From: Planctomycetota bacterium
GTDB lineage: Bacteria; Planctomycetota; GCA-002687715; CAIWVZ01
DNA: 64,000 nucleotides
Reading direction: 5' to 3'
NCBI GenBank assembly: GCA_044222185.1
Contig: JBGANV010000005.1
Coordinates: forward strand, 32,001-96,000
Positions 30,222 through 38,830 of the stretch are shown here, piece after piece. A program made the position numbers and the translations under genes. Positions within the stretch are counted from its first letter, which is position 1. Each line of letters opens with the position of its first letter. The notes beneath the pieces were generated by a model, which searched no databases, was not told the origin of the DNA, and was given only the letters and a program-made list of their open reading frames with translations.

Positions 30222-30515
30222 ATGAAGACTCGTCAATCGCGGTTCTCGAACATGGCTCTGGGCGCGGCCGTCGCGGGGATCATCGCCGGATCGATGCTCA
30301 TCGGCGGATGCAGCAAGGACTCCAAGGGCGAAGGGCAGAAGACCGAGGGCAACGGCTGCAACGGCCCCAACGGATGCGGCGCCCAGAAGAAGGCCGAGAA
30401 GAACGCCTGCAACGGTCACAACGGATGCAACGGGGCAAAGACGGAGAAGGCCGCGCCGGCCGCCACCGACAAGAACGCCTGCAACGGCCACAACACCTGC
30501 AGCGCGAAGAAGTGA
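30222..30515 (+). CDS. MNIO RiPP precursor (bufferin-like): lipoprotein with three NxCNGxNxC repeats
   Basis: AGGAG RBS; signal ending LIGGC (lipobox-like); repeats GNGCNGPNGC, KNACNGHNGC, KNACNGHNTC; immediately upstream of DUF692. Confidence 0.8.
   Translation: MKTRQSRFSNMALGAAVAGIIAGSMLIGGCSKDSKGEGQKTEGNGCNGPNGCGAQKKAEKNACNGHNGCNGAKTEKAAPAATDKNACNGHNTCSAKK
30348..30500 (+). repeat. Three coding repeats of the Cys-rich core peptide
   Basis: AAGAACGCCTGCAACGG is identical at 30399 and 30471; a degenerate copy lies at 30348. Confidence 0.8.
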
Positions 30516-30621
30516 TCGAAGGATGCCGCGCTGCCCCACGGCAGAACGCGACGTGAATCGGACCCCTACGCCGCCGACGCGCAACCGCGCGCGGCGGACG
30601 ATCCGAAAGTGAGGTGCCACG

Positions 30622-31473
30622 ATGGCAGCCAACCGCCTCGATCTTCCCGACCTGGGCCTGGGCCTGGGACTGCGTGCACCCCACGTCCGCGAGATCCTCG
30701 ATTCGCACCCGGCCGTCGGGTTCTTCGAGGTCATCTCCGAGAACTACATGGACACGCGAGGGCGCCCGCTCCAGACGCTGGATGCGATCGCCGCGCGGTA
30801 TCCCGTCGTGATGCACGGGGTCTCCATGTCGCTCGGCTCGGCGGATCCGCTCGACCGGAACTACCTCCGCAAGCTGAAGCAACTCGCGCATCGATGCCGG
30901 GCAAGCTGGGTCTCGGATCACCTCTGCTGGACCGGCGTGCTTGGAATCAACACGCACGACCTGCTTCCCCTCCCCTACACCGAGGCCGCCCTCGCGCACG
31001 TGACGGCGAGGATCCGCGAGGCCTCGGACTTCCTCGAGCGCCCGCTCGTGATCGAGAACCCATCGTCCTACGTCAGGTTCGCCGCCTCGTGCATGCCCGA
31101 GCACGAATTCCTCGCGCGCATGGCGGAGGACGCCGACTGCGGACTCCTGCTCGACGTGAACAACGTCTACGTGAGCGCCCGCAACCACGGATTCGACCCG
31201 GACGCCTACGTCGACGCCGTACCCGCCGACCGCGTCGTCCAGATCCATCTCGCGGGTCACTCGGACAACATCACGCACGTCATCGACACCCACGACGACC
31301 ACGTCGTCGACGAGGTCTGGCGGCTCTACGCGCGGCTTTGTGCGAGAACCGGCCCGGTCTCGACGATGATCGAGTGGGACGCGCGCATCCCGTCGTTCGA
31401 GGTTCTGCATTCGGAGGTCCAGAAGGCCGCTCCTCTGCGGCATGGAGGAGTCCCTCATGTCGCAGCACGGTGA
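30622..31473 (+). CDS. Multinuclear non-heme iron oxidase (MNIO, DUF692/UPF0276; BufB-like)
   Basis: GLGLR.PH, FEVISENY, HGVSMSLG, SDHLCW, ENPSSY, LLDVNNVYV, HLAGH, IDTHD, EWD. Confidence 0.93.
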   Translation: MAANRLDLPDLGLGLGLRAPHVREILDSHPAVGFFEVISENYMDTRGRPLQTLDAIAARYPVVMHGVSMSLGSADPLDRNYLRKLKQLAHRCRASWVSDHLCWTGVLGINTHDLLPLPYTEAALAHVTARIREASDFLERPLVIENPSSYVRFAASCMPEHEFLARMAEDADCGLLLDVNNVYVSARNHGFDPDAYVDAVPADRVVQIHLAGHSDNITHVIDTHDDHVVDEVWRLYARLCARTGPVSTMIEWDARIPSFEVLHSEVQKAAPLRHGGVPHVAAR

Positions 31474-32314
31474 CGTGGAGTCGATGGCGCTCGACCGCCT
31501 CCAACGCTGGATGCAGGCCGTGATCATCCACCCCGGCACGACGGCGGAAGCGCTGGGTTCGCCCGATGCGTTGCGAGATGGATTGCCTGGCGGACTCGCG
31601 AGCGTGATCCTCCCGTCGAAGGCGCTCAGTGCCGCCGAGCATCTGTGCATCTACCGCGACATGTATCGCCTGCGCCTCGAACGCGCCCTCGCCGACGATC
31701 ATCCGGCGACGCTGCAGGTGCTCGGCCCGGACCGCTTCTCGGCGCTCGCTCGAGACTACATCACGAGACATCCGTCGCGGAGCTTCACGCTCAACGGGTA
31801 CGGCGCCGGTTTCGCGGCGTTCCTGGCGACGTCATCCGATCTGGATGCGGGGCAGCGCGCCTGGCTCGCCGACCTGGTCCGCCTCGAAGCGGCGATCGCC
31901 CACGTCCACGAGACGCCGACGGACGAGCCCGTGAGCCCGGCACGCCTCGCGGAGTTTCCGGCGGATGCGTGGGAGCACGCACGCCTCGTTCCGGTGTCGG
32001 GTCTGAGGCTCATCACTCTCAGTTTCGCCGTCGGTGACGTGTATCAGGCATGGCTCGACGGGACCCCGGTCGAGTCCCCGCGGCGGCGGATCTCCCGAAT
32101 CGTGGTGTACCGCCACGGCGACGCCGTCCGCCGCCTCGAGCTCACGCGCGACGCCCGTGAGCTGCTCGTCGGACTCGCGGCAGGGCGCGCGCTCGGCGAC
32201 GCGCTCGCCGACGTCGACGTCAGGTCTCAGGACGACCTGGACCCGGGCCGCGTGTTCCGGTGGCTCCGTCAATGGGTCGGCGAAGGCCTGTTCGCCGACA
32301 TCGCCGCCGGTTGA
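31457..32314 (+). CDS. MNIO partner protein (DUF2063/HvfC/BufC-like)
   Basis: LQRWMQAVI, L.IY..MY..RL..AL..D.P, HPS.S..L..YG..F..FL, DL.RLE; overlaps the MNIO stop. Confidence 0.85.
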   Translation: MSQHGDVESMALDRLQRWMQAVIIHPGTTAEALGSPDALRDGLPGGLASVILPSKALSAAEHLCIYRDMYRLRLERALADDHPATLQVLGPDRFSALARDYITRHPSRSFTLNGYGAGFAAFLATSSDLDAGQRAWLADLVRLEAAIAHVHETPTDEPVSPARLAEFPADAWEHARLVPVSGLRLITLSFAVGDVYQAWLDGTPVESPRRRISRIVVYRHGDAVRRLELTRDARELLVGLAAGRALGDALADVDVRSQDDLDPGRVFRWLRQWVGEGLFADIAAG

Positions 32315-32338
32315 CGCCGGCGCGATCCGCGCGCGTCC

Positions 32339-32366
32339 GTAACCCGAGCCGACGGCGCGCATCGAA
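32339..32366 (+). promoter_or_regulatory. Putative ECF-sigma promoter of doxX (likely leaderless mRNA)
   Basis: GTAACC-N14-GCATCGAA ends 5 nt before the ATG at 32372; no clear SD. Confidence 0.55.
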
Positions 32367-32371
32367 GGGGC

Positions 32372-32893
32372 ATGAACACCGCAACCGCCAACTCCAACGG
32401 CACCATCCAGAATGGAGCCCGCGCGCTCACCACGCGCCTCTCGACGATGGTCGACGGAGCCGTCCGCGTCGCGCGTCCCACCGTGATCGTGCTCACGCGC
32501 TTCCTCGTGGGTTACGTCTTCCTCCGCACGGGATTCCTGAAGCTGACGCACTTCTCGAACGTCGTGCAGTTCTTCACGGACCTCGGACTGCCGGTCCCGG
32601 GCGCCAACGCCGCGCTCGTCTCGACCCTGGAGTTCGTGGGGGGGCTCGCGATCCTCGCGGGTGCCGGGACGCGGGTCTTCTCGCTTCTCCTCGTTCCGAC
32701 CATGGTCGTCGCGTTGCTCACCGCGGACCGCGAGCGATTCCTCGGAGCGTTCAGTTTCTCCGCCGACCATTCGCTGACCGACGTGGCGCCCGTCCCCCTC
32801 CTCGCCCTGCTGCTCTGGCTCGCCGCCGGCGGCGCAGGACGCCTCAGCGTCGATGCGTTGCTGGCGAACCGCCGGAGGGCGATGGGCGGGTAG
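32372..32893 (+). CDS. DoxX family membrane protein (BufD-like)
   Basis: R..VG.VF..TG..KL, F..LGLP.P, E.VGG...L.G..TR, GAGRLSVD. Confidence 0.88.
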   Translation: MNTATANSNGTIQNGARALTTRLSTMVDGAVRVARPTVIVLTRFLVGYVFLRTGFLKLTHFSNVVQFFTDLGLPVPGANAALVSTLEFVGGLAILAGAGTRVFSLLLVPTMVVALLTADRERFLGAFSFSADHSLTDVAPVPLLALLLWLAAGGAGRLSVDALLANRRRAMGG

Positions 32894-32953
32894 CGCGCGA
32901 GCTCCGGACCGCCGGACTCGCCCGCAGGTTGCCTGCGTGGTAGCCTGCGGCGC

Positions 32954-33583
32954 ATGCAACCACCCGTGGGAGCAGCGCCCGCGCATCCCGCGCGATCGAG
33001 TGACGACGAGGCCTTCGTCGCCAGGCTCCGGGCCGGCGACGACGCGGCCTTCGAGGAACTCCTGCGCACACACGGGGGCCGCATGCTGATGGCGGCTCGA
33101 CGCATACTCGGAAACGACGCAGACGCCGCCGACGCACTCCAGGACGCCATGTTCTCCGTCTCGAAATCCATAGGAACCTTCACGGAACGGTCGCAGCTCG
33201 CGACGTGGCTTCACCGGATCGCCGTGAACGCGGCCCTCATGCGGCTTCGTTCCCGGCGCTCGAGATCGGAGGAGTCCATCGAGTCGCTGATGCCGGCGTT
33301 CAAGGAGGACGGCCACCACGTCCTCCAGCCGAGCCGGTGGAACATCGGTGAGGAGCCGGACCTCGCGCGGGAGGAATCGCGACGGCTCGTCCGCCGAGCG
33401 ATCGACCAGCTGCCGGAGAGCTTCCGCGTCGTTCTCCTGCTGAGGGACATCGAGGAAGTCGACTCGACGGAGGTCGCCAGGTCGCTCGGGATCACCCCAA
33501 ATGCGGTGAAGGTTCGACTCCACCGAGCGCGACAGGCGCTTCGAACGCTCCTGGATCGCCAGTTCGGAGGGCCCCAATCGTGA
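32954..33583 (+). CDS. ECF RNA polymerase sigma factor
   Basis: DAADALQDA, TWLHRIAVNAAL, LP...R.V.LLRD.E......VA..LGIT..AVKVRLHRAR. Confidence 0.93.
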   Translation: MQPPVGAAPAHPARSSDDEAFVARLRAGDDAAFEELLRTHGGRMLMAARRILGNDADAADALQDAMFSVSKSIGTFTERSQLATWLHRIAVNAALMRLRSRRSRSEESIESLMPAFKEDGHHVLQPSRWNIGEEPDLAREESRRLVRRAIDQLPESFRVVLLLRDIEEVDSTEVARSLGITPNAVKVRLHRARQALRTLLDRQFGGPQS

Positions 33584-33819
33584 CGTGCCGCGAATTCACC
33601 GAGTTCCTCGCTGCCTATCTGGCGGCCGAGCTCGCGCCCGCCGAGATGGAGACGTTCGAGCGCCACCTGGCGGTATGCGAGGCGTGCACGAACTACCTCG
33701 CGTCGTATCGCACGACGATCGACCTGAGCCGGGCTGCGTTCAAGAAACCCGAATCGCCGGTCCCGGAGGCCGTGCCCGAAGATCTCATCCGGGCCATCCT
33801 CGCCGCGCGCAAGCGCTGA
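33580..33819 (+). CDS. Soluble zf-HC2 (ZAS) anti-sigma factor
   Basis: MTCREF...YL..EL...FERHLAVCEAC (HxxxCxxC); no TM; GTGA overlap with the sigma gene. Confidence 0.88.
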   Translation: MTCREFTEFLAAYLAAELAPAEMETFERHLAVCEACTNYLASYRTTIDLSRAAFKKPESPVPEAVPEDLIRAILAARKR

Positions 33820-33825
33820 CTCCGC

Positions 33826-34857
33826 TCAGTCGGGCGCGACGGCGCCCACGACTCGCACGCGGCCGTTGCCGGGCTCGATCCGCCCGACCATCACCGTCGG
33901 CTCGTTCCATGCATCGACGTGCCGGCGGAACTGCGACACCTGCTCGGGTGCGACCGCGACGAGCATGCCGATGCCCATGTCGAGGGAGTGCATGAGAGTC
34001 ACCTCGTCGAGCCCACTCGCGCGCCGCAGCACGCCCAGGATGGGGCTGCTCGGCCAGCCATCCGGCGTGATCACCACGTCGAGTCCGGGTCCGCACAGTC
34101 GCTCCGCGGCACGGGCGAGTCCGCCATCGTCCACGTGCGCGACGGCGGAGCACCATCCCTCGCTCAGCGGCGCGAGCATCACGCTGAAGTAGCTCTTGTG
34201 CCGCGTCAGCAGCGCCGCGCGCACCGTGAGGTCCGTTCCCGGGATCTCGTCGTCGAAACCCAGCATGAGCTTGCGCAGCAGGACGTCGGCGCAGAGTCCG
34301 CTGCCGAACGAGTGGATCCCAGCCGATGGCAGACCGATCAGCGCACACCCCGCGGTCGCCGGCGGGCCCGTCCGTCCCATCGTTCGGCCCACCACCGTGA
34401 GCACCACGGAGGCGGCTGCCGACTCGACCAACTCGCAATCGGCCAGCGGGAATCCACCGGCGCGACAGCCTCGTGCGATGCCCGTGACGAGATCGGCCGC
34501 CATCTCGTGCGACAGGTCGCCGAGATCGACCCGGCAGCTGGCGAACAGCGCGATGGAGCCGGTCACGATCAGGTCGTTGACGCATCGCGCGACGAGGCTC
34601 ACGCCGGCGGTCTCGGTCTGGCGGGCCCGGATCGCAACCCCGAGCTTCTCGGCCCCGTCGCGCACGCGCACGACGAGCGTGCTCGGACGGCCGTCGACGA
34701 GCAGTGCCCCGCTCGCCGTCAGGATCACCGACGTCATGGGGACGAACGGCCCACGCGTCAGCCGCACCTCATCCTCCGTCGCGTGCAGGATCCGCTCGAC
34801 ACGCGTCGCGTGGGCAGGCTCCATGGTCGTCACTCGCGTGATCTCGTCCCCGTTCAT
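33826..34857 (-). CDS. Degenerate PurM (AIR synthetase)-fold protein
   Basis: Colinear with PurM (CVNDL, LIGLPSAGIHS, AHV..GGL, MGIGM), but several catalytic motifs are altered. Confidence 0.65.
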   Translation of the reverse strand: MNGDEITRVTTMEPAHATRVERILHATEDEVRLTRGPFVPMTSVILTASGALLVDGRPSTLVVRVRDGAEKLGVAIRARQTETAGVSLVARCVNDLIVTGSIALFASCRVDLGDLSHEMAADLVTGIARGCRAGGFPLADCELVESAAASVVLTVVGRTMGRTGPPATAGCALIGLPSAGIHSFGSGLCADVLLRKLMLGFDDEIPGTDLTVRAALLTRHKSYFSVMLAPLSEGWCSAVAHVDDGGLARAAERLCGPGLDVVITPDGWPSSPILGVLRRASGLDEVTLMHSLDMGIGMLVAVAPEQVSQFRRHVDAWNEPTVMVGRIEPGNGRVRVVGAVAPD

Positions 34858-34947
34858 CGCGGGGCATTCTATTCGGCTTCGTGCAAATGTCGCCTGCCGG
34901 TATGCTCAGGGCCGACTCATCGTTGCGCCTGGATATCGGGGACCTGC

Positions 34948-37014
34948 ATGCTCAACCGCCGTGATCGCCTCACCTTCGTTCCGATCGTGACCGGGTTCGT
35001 CGTTCTCGGGCTCCTGGCCACCTCCGGCTGCGCGACCGGCGACGGCGCTTCCGGCGACGACACGAAAACCTCGGTCTCCGACGGAGCGGCCGACGCGCCG
35101 AACACGCCGGACCCAGCGTTCCGCCACGCGGCGCCCCGGCGTCGCGAGACGATCTTCTCCCCCCTGGAACTTCCGCCCGGGAACCGTGAGCGACTTGCGA
35201 GTGGCATGCCCGGACCCGACTACTGGCAGCAGCGCGCCGACTACGTCATCGAGGCGTCCCTGGACGAGACGGCCCGCACCGTCAGCGGCCGCGCGGAGAT
35301 CACCTACCGCAACGACTCGCCGACCGAGCTTCCATTCCTCTGGCTGCACCTGGAGCAGAACCTCTTCCGACTCGACAGCATCGGAGCCCAGATCCGATCC
35401 GCCGGAACACGCTTCGGCAACTCGTCCGAGTTCGATGGCGGAATCGACGTCACGTCCGTGCGCAGCGGCCGGCGGAAGCTCGAGATGCAGGTCTACGACA
35501 CGCTCGCTCGCATCGACCTGCCGTCGCCCGTCGCCGCGAAGGGCGGGACGTTCACGTTCGAGGTGAGCTGGACGTTCAAGATCCCGCCGAACGGCTCGGA
35601 TCGGATGGGATTCGAGGAGGACGGCCAAGGCACCGTGTTCCAGATCGCGCAGTGGTTCCCGGCGATCGTGGCCTACGACTCGATCCACGGATGGAACACG
35701 CTCCCCTACCTCGGCGAGGGCGAGTTCTACACCGACTTCGGCACGTACGACGTCAAGCTCACGGTGCCGCACGCGCACGTCGTCGCGGCGACGGGCGCGC
35801 TCCAGAACCCCGAGGAGGTCCTCACGCCCGTCCAGATCGAGCGATTGGCGGCGGCAGTCCAGTCGAAGGAGACGGTGACCATCATCGGTGCGGCGGACGT
35901 GGGGCAGCCCACGACGCGGCCGACCGGCACGAGTCCGCTCACCTGGCATTTCCATGCGGAGAACGTCCGCACGTTCGCGTTCGCGTCGTCGAAGGCGTTC
36001 CTTTGGGACGCGGCGGGAGCCAACGGCGTGTTGTGTCAGTCCCTCTATCCGAAGGAGGGCCTGCCGCTGTGGGCAGGGGCGACGGACATGCTGCGATTCT
36101 CCGTCGAGCATTACAGCGAGACATGGTTCCCCTATCCCTACCCGGTGGCGTCCAACGTCAACGGAACCGTCGGCGGGATGGAATACCCCATGGTGATCTT
36201 CTGCGAGGAGCGCAAGGACGAAACGGACCTCTACGAGCTCATCACTCACGAGATCGGACACAACTGGTTCCCCATGACCGTGAACTCGGACGAGCGGCGG
36301 CACGCGTGGATGGATGAGGGCTTCAACACGTTCATCAACTGGTACTCGCTCCAGGCGCGCTACCCGAAGCGCGAGTTCGCGACGCGGTTCCGCGGGTTCC
36401 GCCCCCGCCCGAGTTCGCCCGAGTTCTCCGCGTGGTGCACGCAGACCAACCGGCAGAGCATGGACACGATCCCCGACCAGATCGAGGACGAGCAGCTGGG
36501 CTCACTCGTGTACGACAAGGTCTCCGTGGGTCTCGTCTGCCTTCGCGAGCGCATCCTCGACCCGGTCCGGTTCGACCGCGCGTTCCACGACTACGTCCAC
36601 GCGTGGGCATTCAAGTCGCCCCAACCGGCGGACTTCTTCCGCTGCATGGAGAACGGCGCGGGCGTCGATCTCTCCTGGTTCTGGCGCGGTTGGTTCCTGG
36701 AGACGGGTTTCCTGGATCAGGCCATCACGGCGGTGACGCCGCTCCCGGCAGGCGAGAAGTCCCGCCCGTCCGAAGCCGTCGAGATCACGTTCGAGAACAG
36801 GGGCGAGCTCGTCATGCCGCTCACCTACCAGGTCAATTTCGACGACGGGACGGACGACGTGCGCTCGCTCCCCGTCGAGATCTGGTTCCACTCGAACCGC
36901 TACGTCCTGCGCTTCCCGACCGCGGGAAAGACCGTGAGATCGGTCGTCGTGGACCCGGACAACGGGTTCCCCGACGTGGACCTCACGAACAACGTGTGGG
37001 CCGCGACGCCCTAG
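34948..37014 (+). CDS. M1 family Zn-aminopeptidase (lipoprotein)
   Basis: Lipobox LATSGC; YWQQRADY; GGMEYP; HEIGHNWFPM...WMDEGF (HExxH-18-E). ATG at 34948. Confidence 0.9.
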   Translation: MLNRRDRLTFVPIVTGFVVLGLLATSGCATGDGASGDDTKTSVSDGAADAPNTPDPAFRHAAPRRRETIFSPLELPPGNRERLASGMPGPDYWQQRADYVIEASLDETARTVSGRAEITYRNDSPTELPFLWLHLEQNLFRLDSIGAQIRSAGTRFGNSSEFDGGIDVTSVRSGRRKLEMQVYDTLARIDLPSPVAAKGGTFTFEVSWTFKIPPNGSDRMGFEEDGQGTVFQIAQWFPAIVAYDSIHGWNTLPYLGEGEFYTDFGTYDVKLTVPHAHVVAATGALQNPEEVLTPVQIERLAAAVQSKETVTIIGAADVGQPTTRPTGTSPLTWHFHAENVRTFAFASSKAFLWDAAGANGVLCQSLYPKEGLPLWAGATDMLRFSVEHYSETWFPYPYPVASNVNGTVGGMEYPMVIFCEERKDETDLYELITHEIGHNWFPMTVNSDERRHAWMDEGFNTFINWYSLQARYPKREFATRFRGFRPRPSSPEFSAWCTQTNRQSMDTIPDQIEDEQLGSLVYDKVSVGLVCLRERILDPVRFDRAFHDYVHAWAFKSPQPADFFRCMENGAGVDLSWFWRGWFLETGFLDQAITAVTPLPAGEKSRPSEAVEITFENRGELVMPLTYQVNFDDGTDDVRSLPVEIWFHSNRYVLRFPTAGKTVRSVVVDPDNGFPDVDLTNNVWAATP

Positions 37015-37043
37015 TCACCGACGACGACGCCGCGTGCGCGCGT

Positions 37044-38096
37044 TCACCCCATGGCGTCCAGCAGGCGTTGCAACGTCTCGGGGGAGTGGTCGCCCATGTG
37101 ACCGATGCGGAACGTGGCGCCCTTCAACTTGCCGTAGCCGTTGCTCACGACGAAACCCTTCTTGCGGACCGCGCCGAGGAACGCGTCGAGGTCGAGCGTC
37201 CCGGCGCGGATCGTCGAAACCGTCGGCGAACGACAGCCCTCGTCCGGGAACATGGCGAGGCCGCGGCGGGTTGCCCAGTCCTGCGTCATCCGCGCCATCT
37301 GCGCGTGACGCTCGAAGCGCCGCGACAGCCCTTCGGCGCGAATGCAATCGAGCTGAAGATCGAGGGCGAACATGTGAGGAAGCGACGGCGTGGCTGACGT
37401 CTCTCCTGCCTGGAACCCCTTGGCCATTCGAACGAAGTCCATGAGCCAGCCGCGGGCCGGGACCTCGGCCGCGCGCGCGAGGGCCCGGTCGGAAAGCGCG
37501 AACACCGTGAGCCCCGGAGGAAGCGCCAGGCACTTCTGCGTGCCGGCAAACGCCAGATCGAGCCCCAGTTCGTCGAACTCGAGCGGCACGCCAGCGAGCG
37601 AAGTCACGGCGTCGACCATCAGCAGGACGTCCGGATGGCGGCGGACCACGGCCGCAATCTCCCGCAGCGGGTTGATCACGCCCGTCGAGGTTTCGTTGTG
37701 CGTCACGGTCACGACGTCATGTCGACCGGTCGCGAGCGCTGCGGCGACGGCATCCGCGCCGTTGGCCCGTCCCCAATCCACCGCAAGCACGTCGGCTTCC
37801 TTGCCACAGGCGAGCGCAATCTGATGCCAGCGCTCGGAGAACGCGCCGCAAGTCAGCACGAGCGCGCGCTTGCGGGCGAGGTTCCGCATGCCCGCCTCCA
37901 TCAACGCCGTCGCGGGACAAGTCTCGAACAGGACGTGGGCCTGCGTCCCGAACACCGGCCTCAGTTTCTCCCGAAGCCGGAGCACCAGCTCTTTGCACGC
38001 GGCGGAACGATGACCGATCATCGGCCGCGACATGGCGGCGAGGATCTCGGGGCGTACTTCCGTCGGCCCGGGAATGAACAGGACGTCGTGACTCAT
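37044..38096 (-). CDS. Alanine-glyoxylate/serine-pyruvate-type class V aminotransferase (probable phosphoserine aminotransferase role)
   Basis: FIPGPT, HNETSTG, VDAVTS, GTQKCLALPPGL, FRIGHMG; translationally coupled to serB and serA. Confidence 0.85.
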   Translation of the reverse strand: MSHDVLFIPGPTEVRPEILAAMSRPMIGHRSAACKELVLRLREKLRPVFGTQAHVLFETCPATALMEAGMRNLARKRALVLTCGAFSERWHQIALACGKEADVLAVDWGRANGADAVAAALATGRHDVVTVTHNETSTGVINPLREIAAVVRRHPDVLLMVDAVTSLAGVPLEFDELGLDLAFAGTQKCLALPPGLTVFALSDRALARAAEVPARGWLMDFVRMAKGFQAGETSATPSLPHMFALDLQLDCIRAEGLSRRFERHAQMARMTQDWATRRGLAMFPDEGCRSPTVSTIRAGTLDLDAFLGAVRKKGFVVSNGYGKLKGATFRIGHMGDHSPETLQRLLDAMG

Positions 38097-38830
38097 GAGA
38101 ACTCGACCTCCCCGGCCGCGAGCGCCGATCGCGCGCGATCGAGCACCGGCCGGAACCGCTCCACGGCTTCGAGAGCCTCACGTTCTTCGTTCGTCAGGAG
38201 AATCGCCAGCAGCGGAGCCAACGTCGGCGACGCGACGAACACGGCCGCCTGACGACGCACGGCAGGGCGGGCGACGACACCTCCGAATCCGACGAACAGA
38301 TCGACGACGGCACGAGTCTCCAGGTCCGTCACCCCGTCTCCCACGAACGCCGTGCGCCGCGCTCCATCGCGAAGCGCGCGCATCACGTCGACCTTGCCGC
38401 CGTTCCGACGAAGCGCCGAGCCGCGGTCGAAGCCGACGTAACGGCCGTCGGCGTCGAACTGAATGCCCACCGCGTGAACGTCCTCGGCGGGGATCCCCAA
38501 GCCGTGTGCCAGCGGAAGCAACGCCGGGCGCAGGCCGCCGCTGACGATCGCGATGCGCTTCTTGCGAGACATCAGGGCCGCGATCACGACGTCGGCATCT
38601 TTCACCATGCGCTGGACGTAGAGCCTCCCGATGCGCTCGACGTCCGAACGGGTCGGGCGGAGAGTCTCGAGGCGAAGCCCATAGACGTCCTCGAGCGGGA
38701 TCTCGCCCGACATCGCGCGGGCGGTCAAGAGGCGGATGTCGTCCCGGCCCGCGGCGAGTTCATCGACGCCCTCCATGGCGGAGAGCGTGGAATCGAAGTC
38801 GAATGCCACGAGATCGAAGGGATCGTTCAC
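38093..38830 (-). CDS. serB: Phosphoserine phosphatase (HAD-IB)
   Basis: FDFDSTL (DxDST), EGVDELA, VSGG, GK, VGDGVTD; adjacent to serA. Confidence 0.82.
   Translation of the reverse strand: MNDPFDLVAFDFDSTLSAMEGVDELAAGRDDIRLLTARAMSGEIPLEDVYGLRLETLRPTRSDVERIGRLYVQRMVKDADVVIAALMSRKKRIAIVSGGLRPALLPLAHGLGIPAEDVHAVGIQFDADGRYVGFDRGSALRRNGGKVDVMRALRDGARRTAFVGDGVTDLETRAVVDLFVGFGGVVARPAVRRQAAVFVASPTLAPLLAILLTNEEREALEAVERFRPVLDRARSALAAGEVEFS

Noticed and set aside
30513-30560. Selenocysteine read-through of the precursor TGA (hairpin CTGCC-CCAC-GGCAG follows)
   Set aside because: The TGA follows ...SAKK rather than a Cys position of the repeat, and the read-through has no repeat motif. The hairpin is more simply a 3' stabiliser.
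33919-34947. N-terminal extension of the 1031-aa M1 ORF
   Set aside because: It is antisense to the PurM-like gene; the lipoprotein signal starts at 34948.
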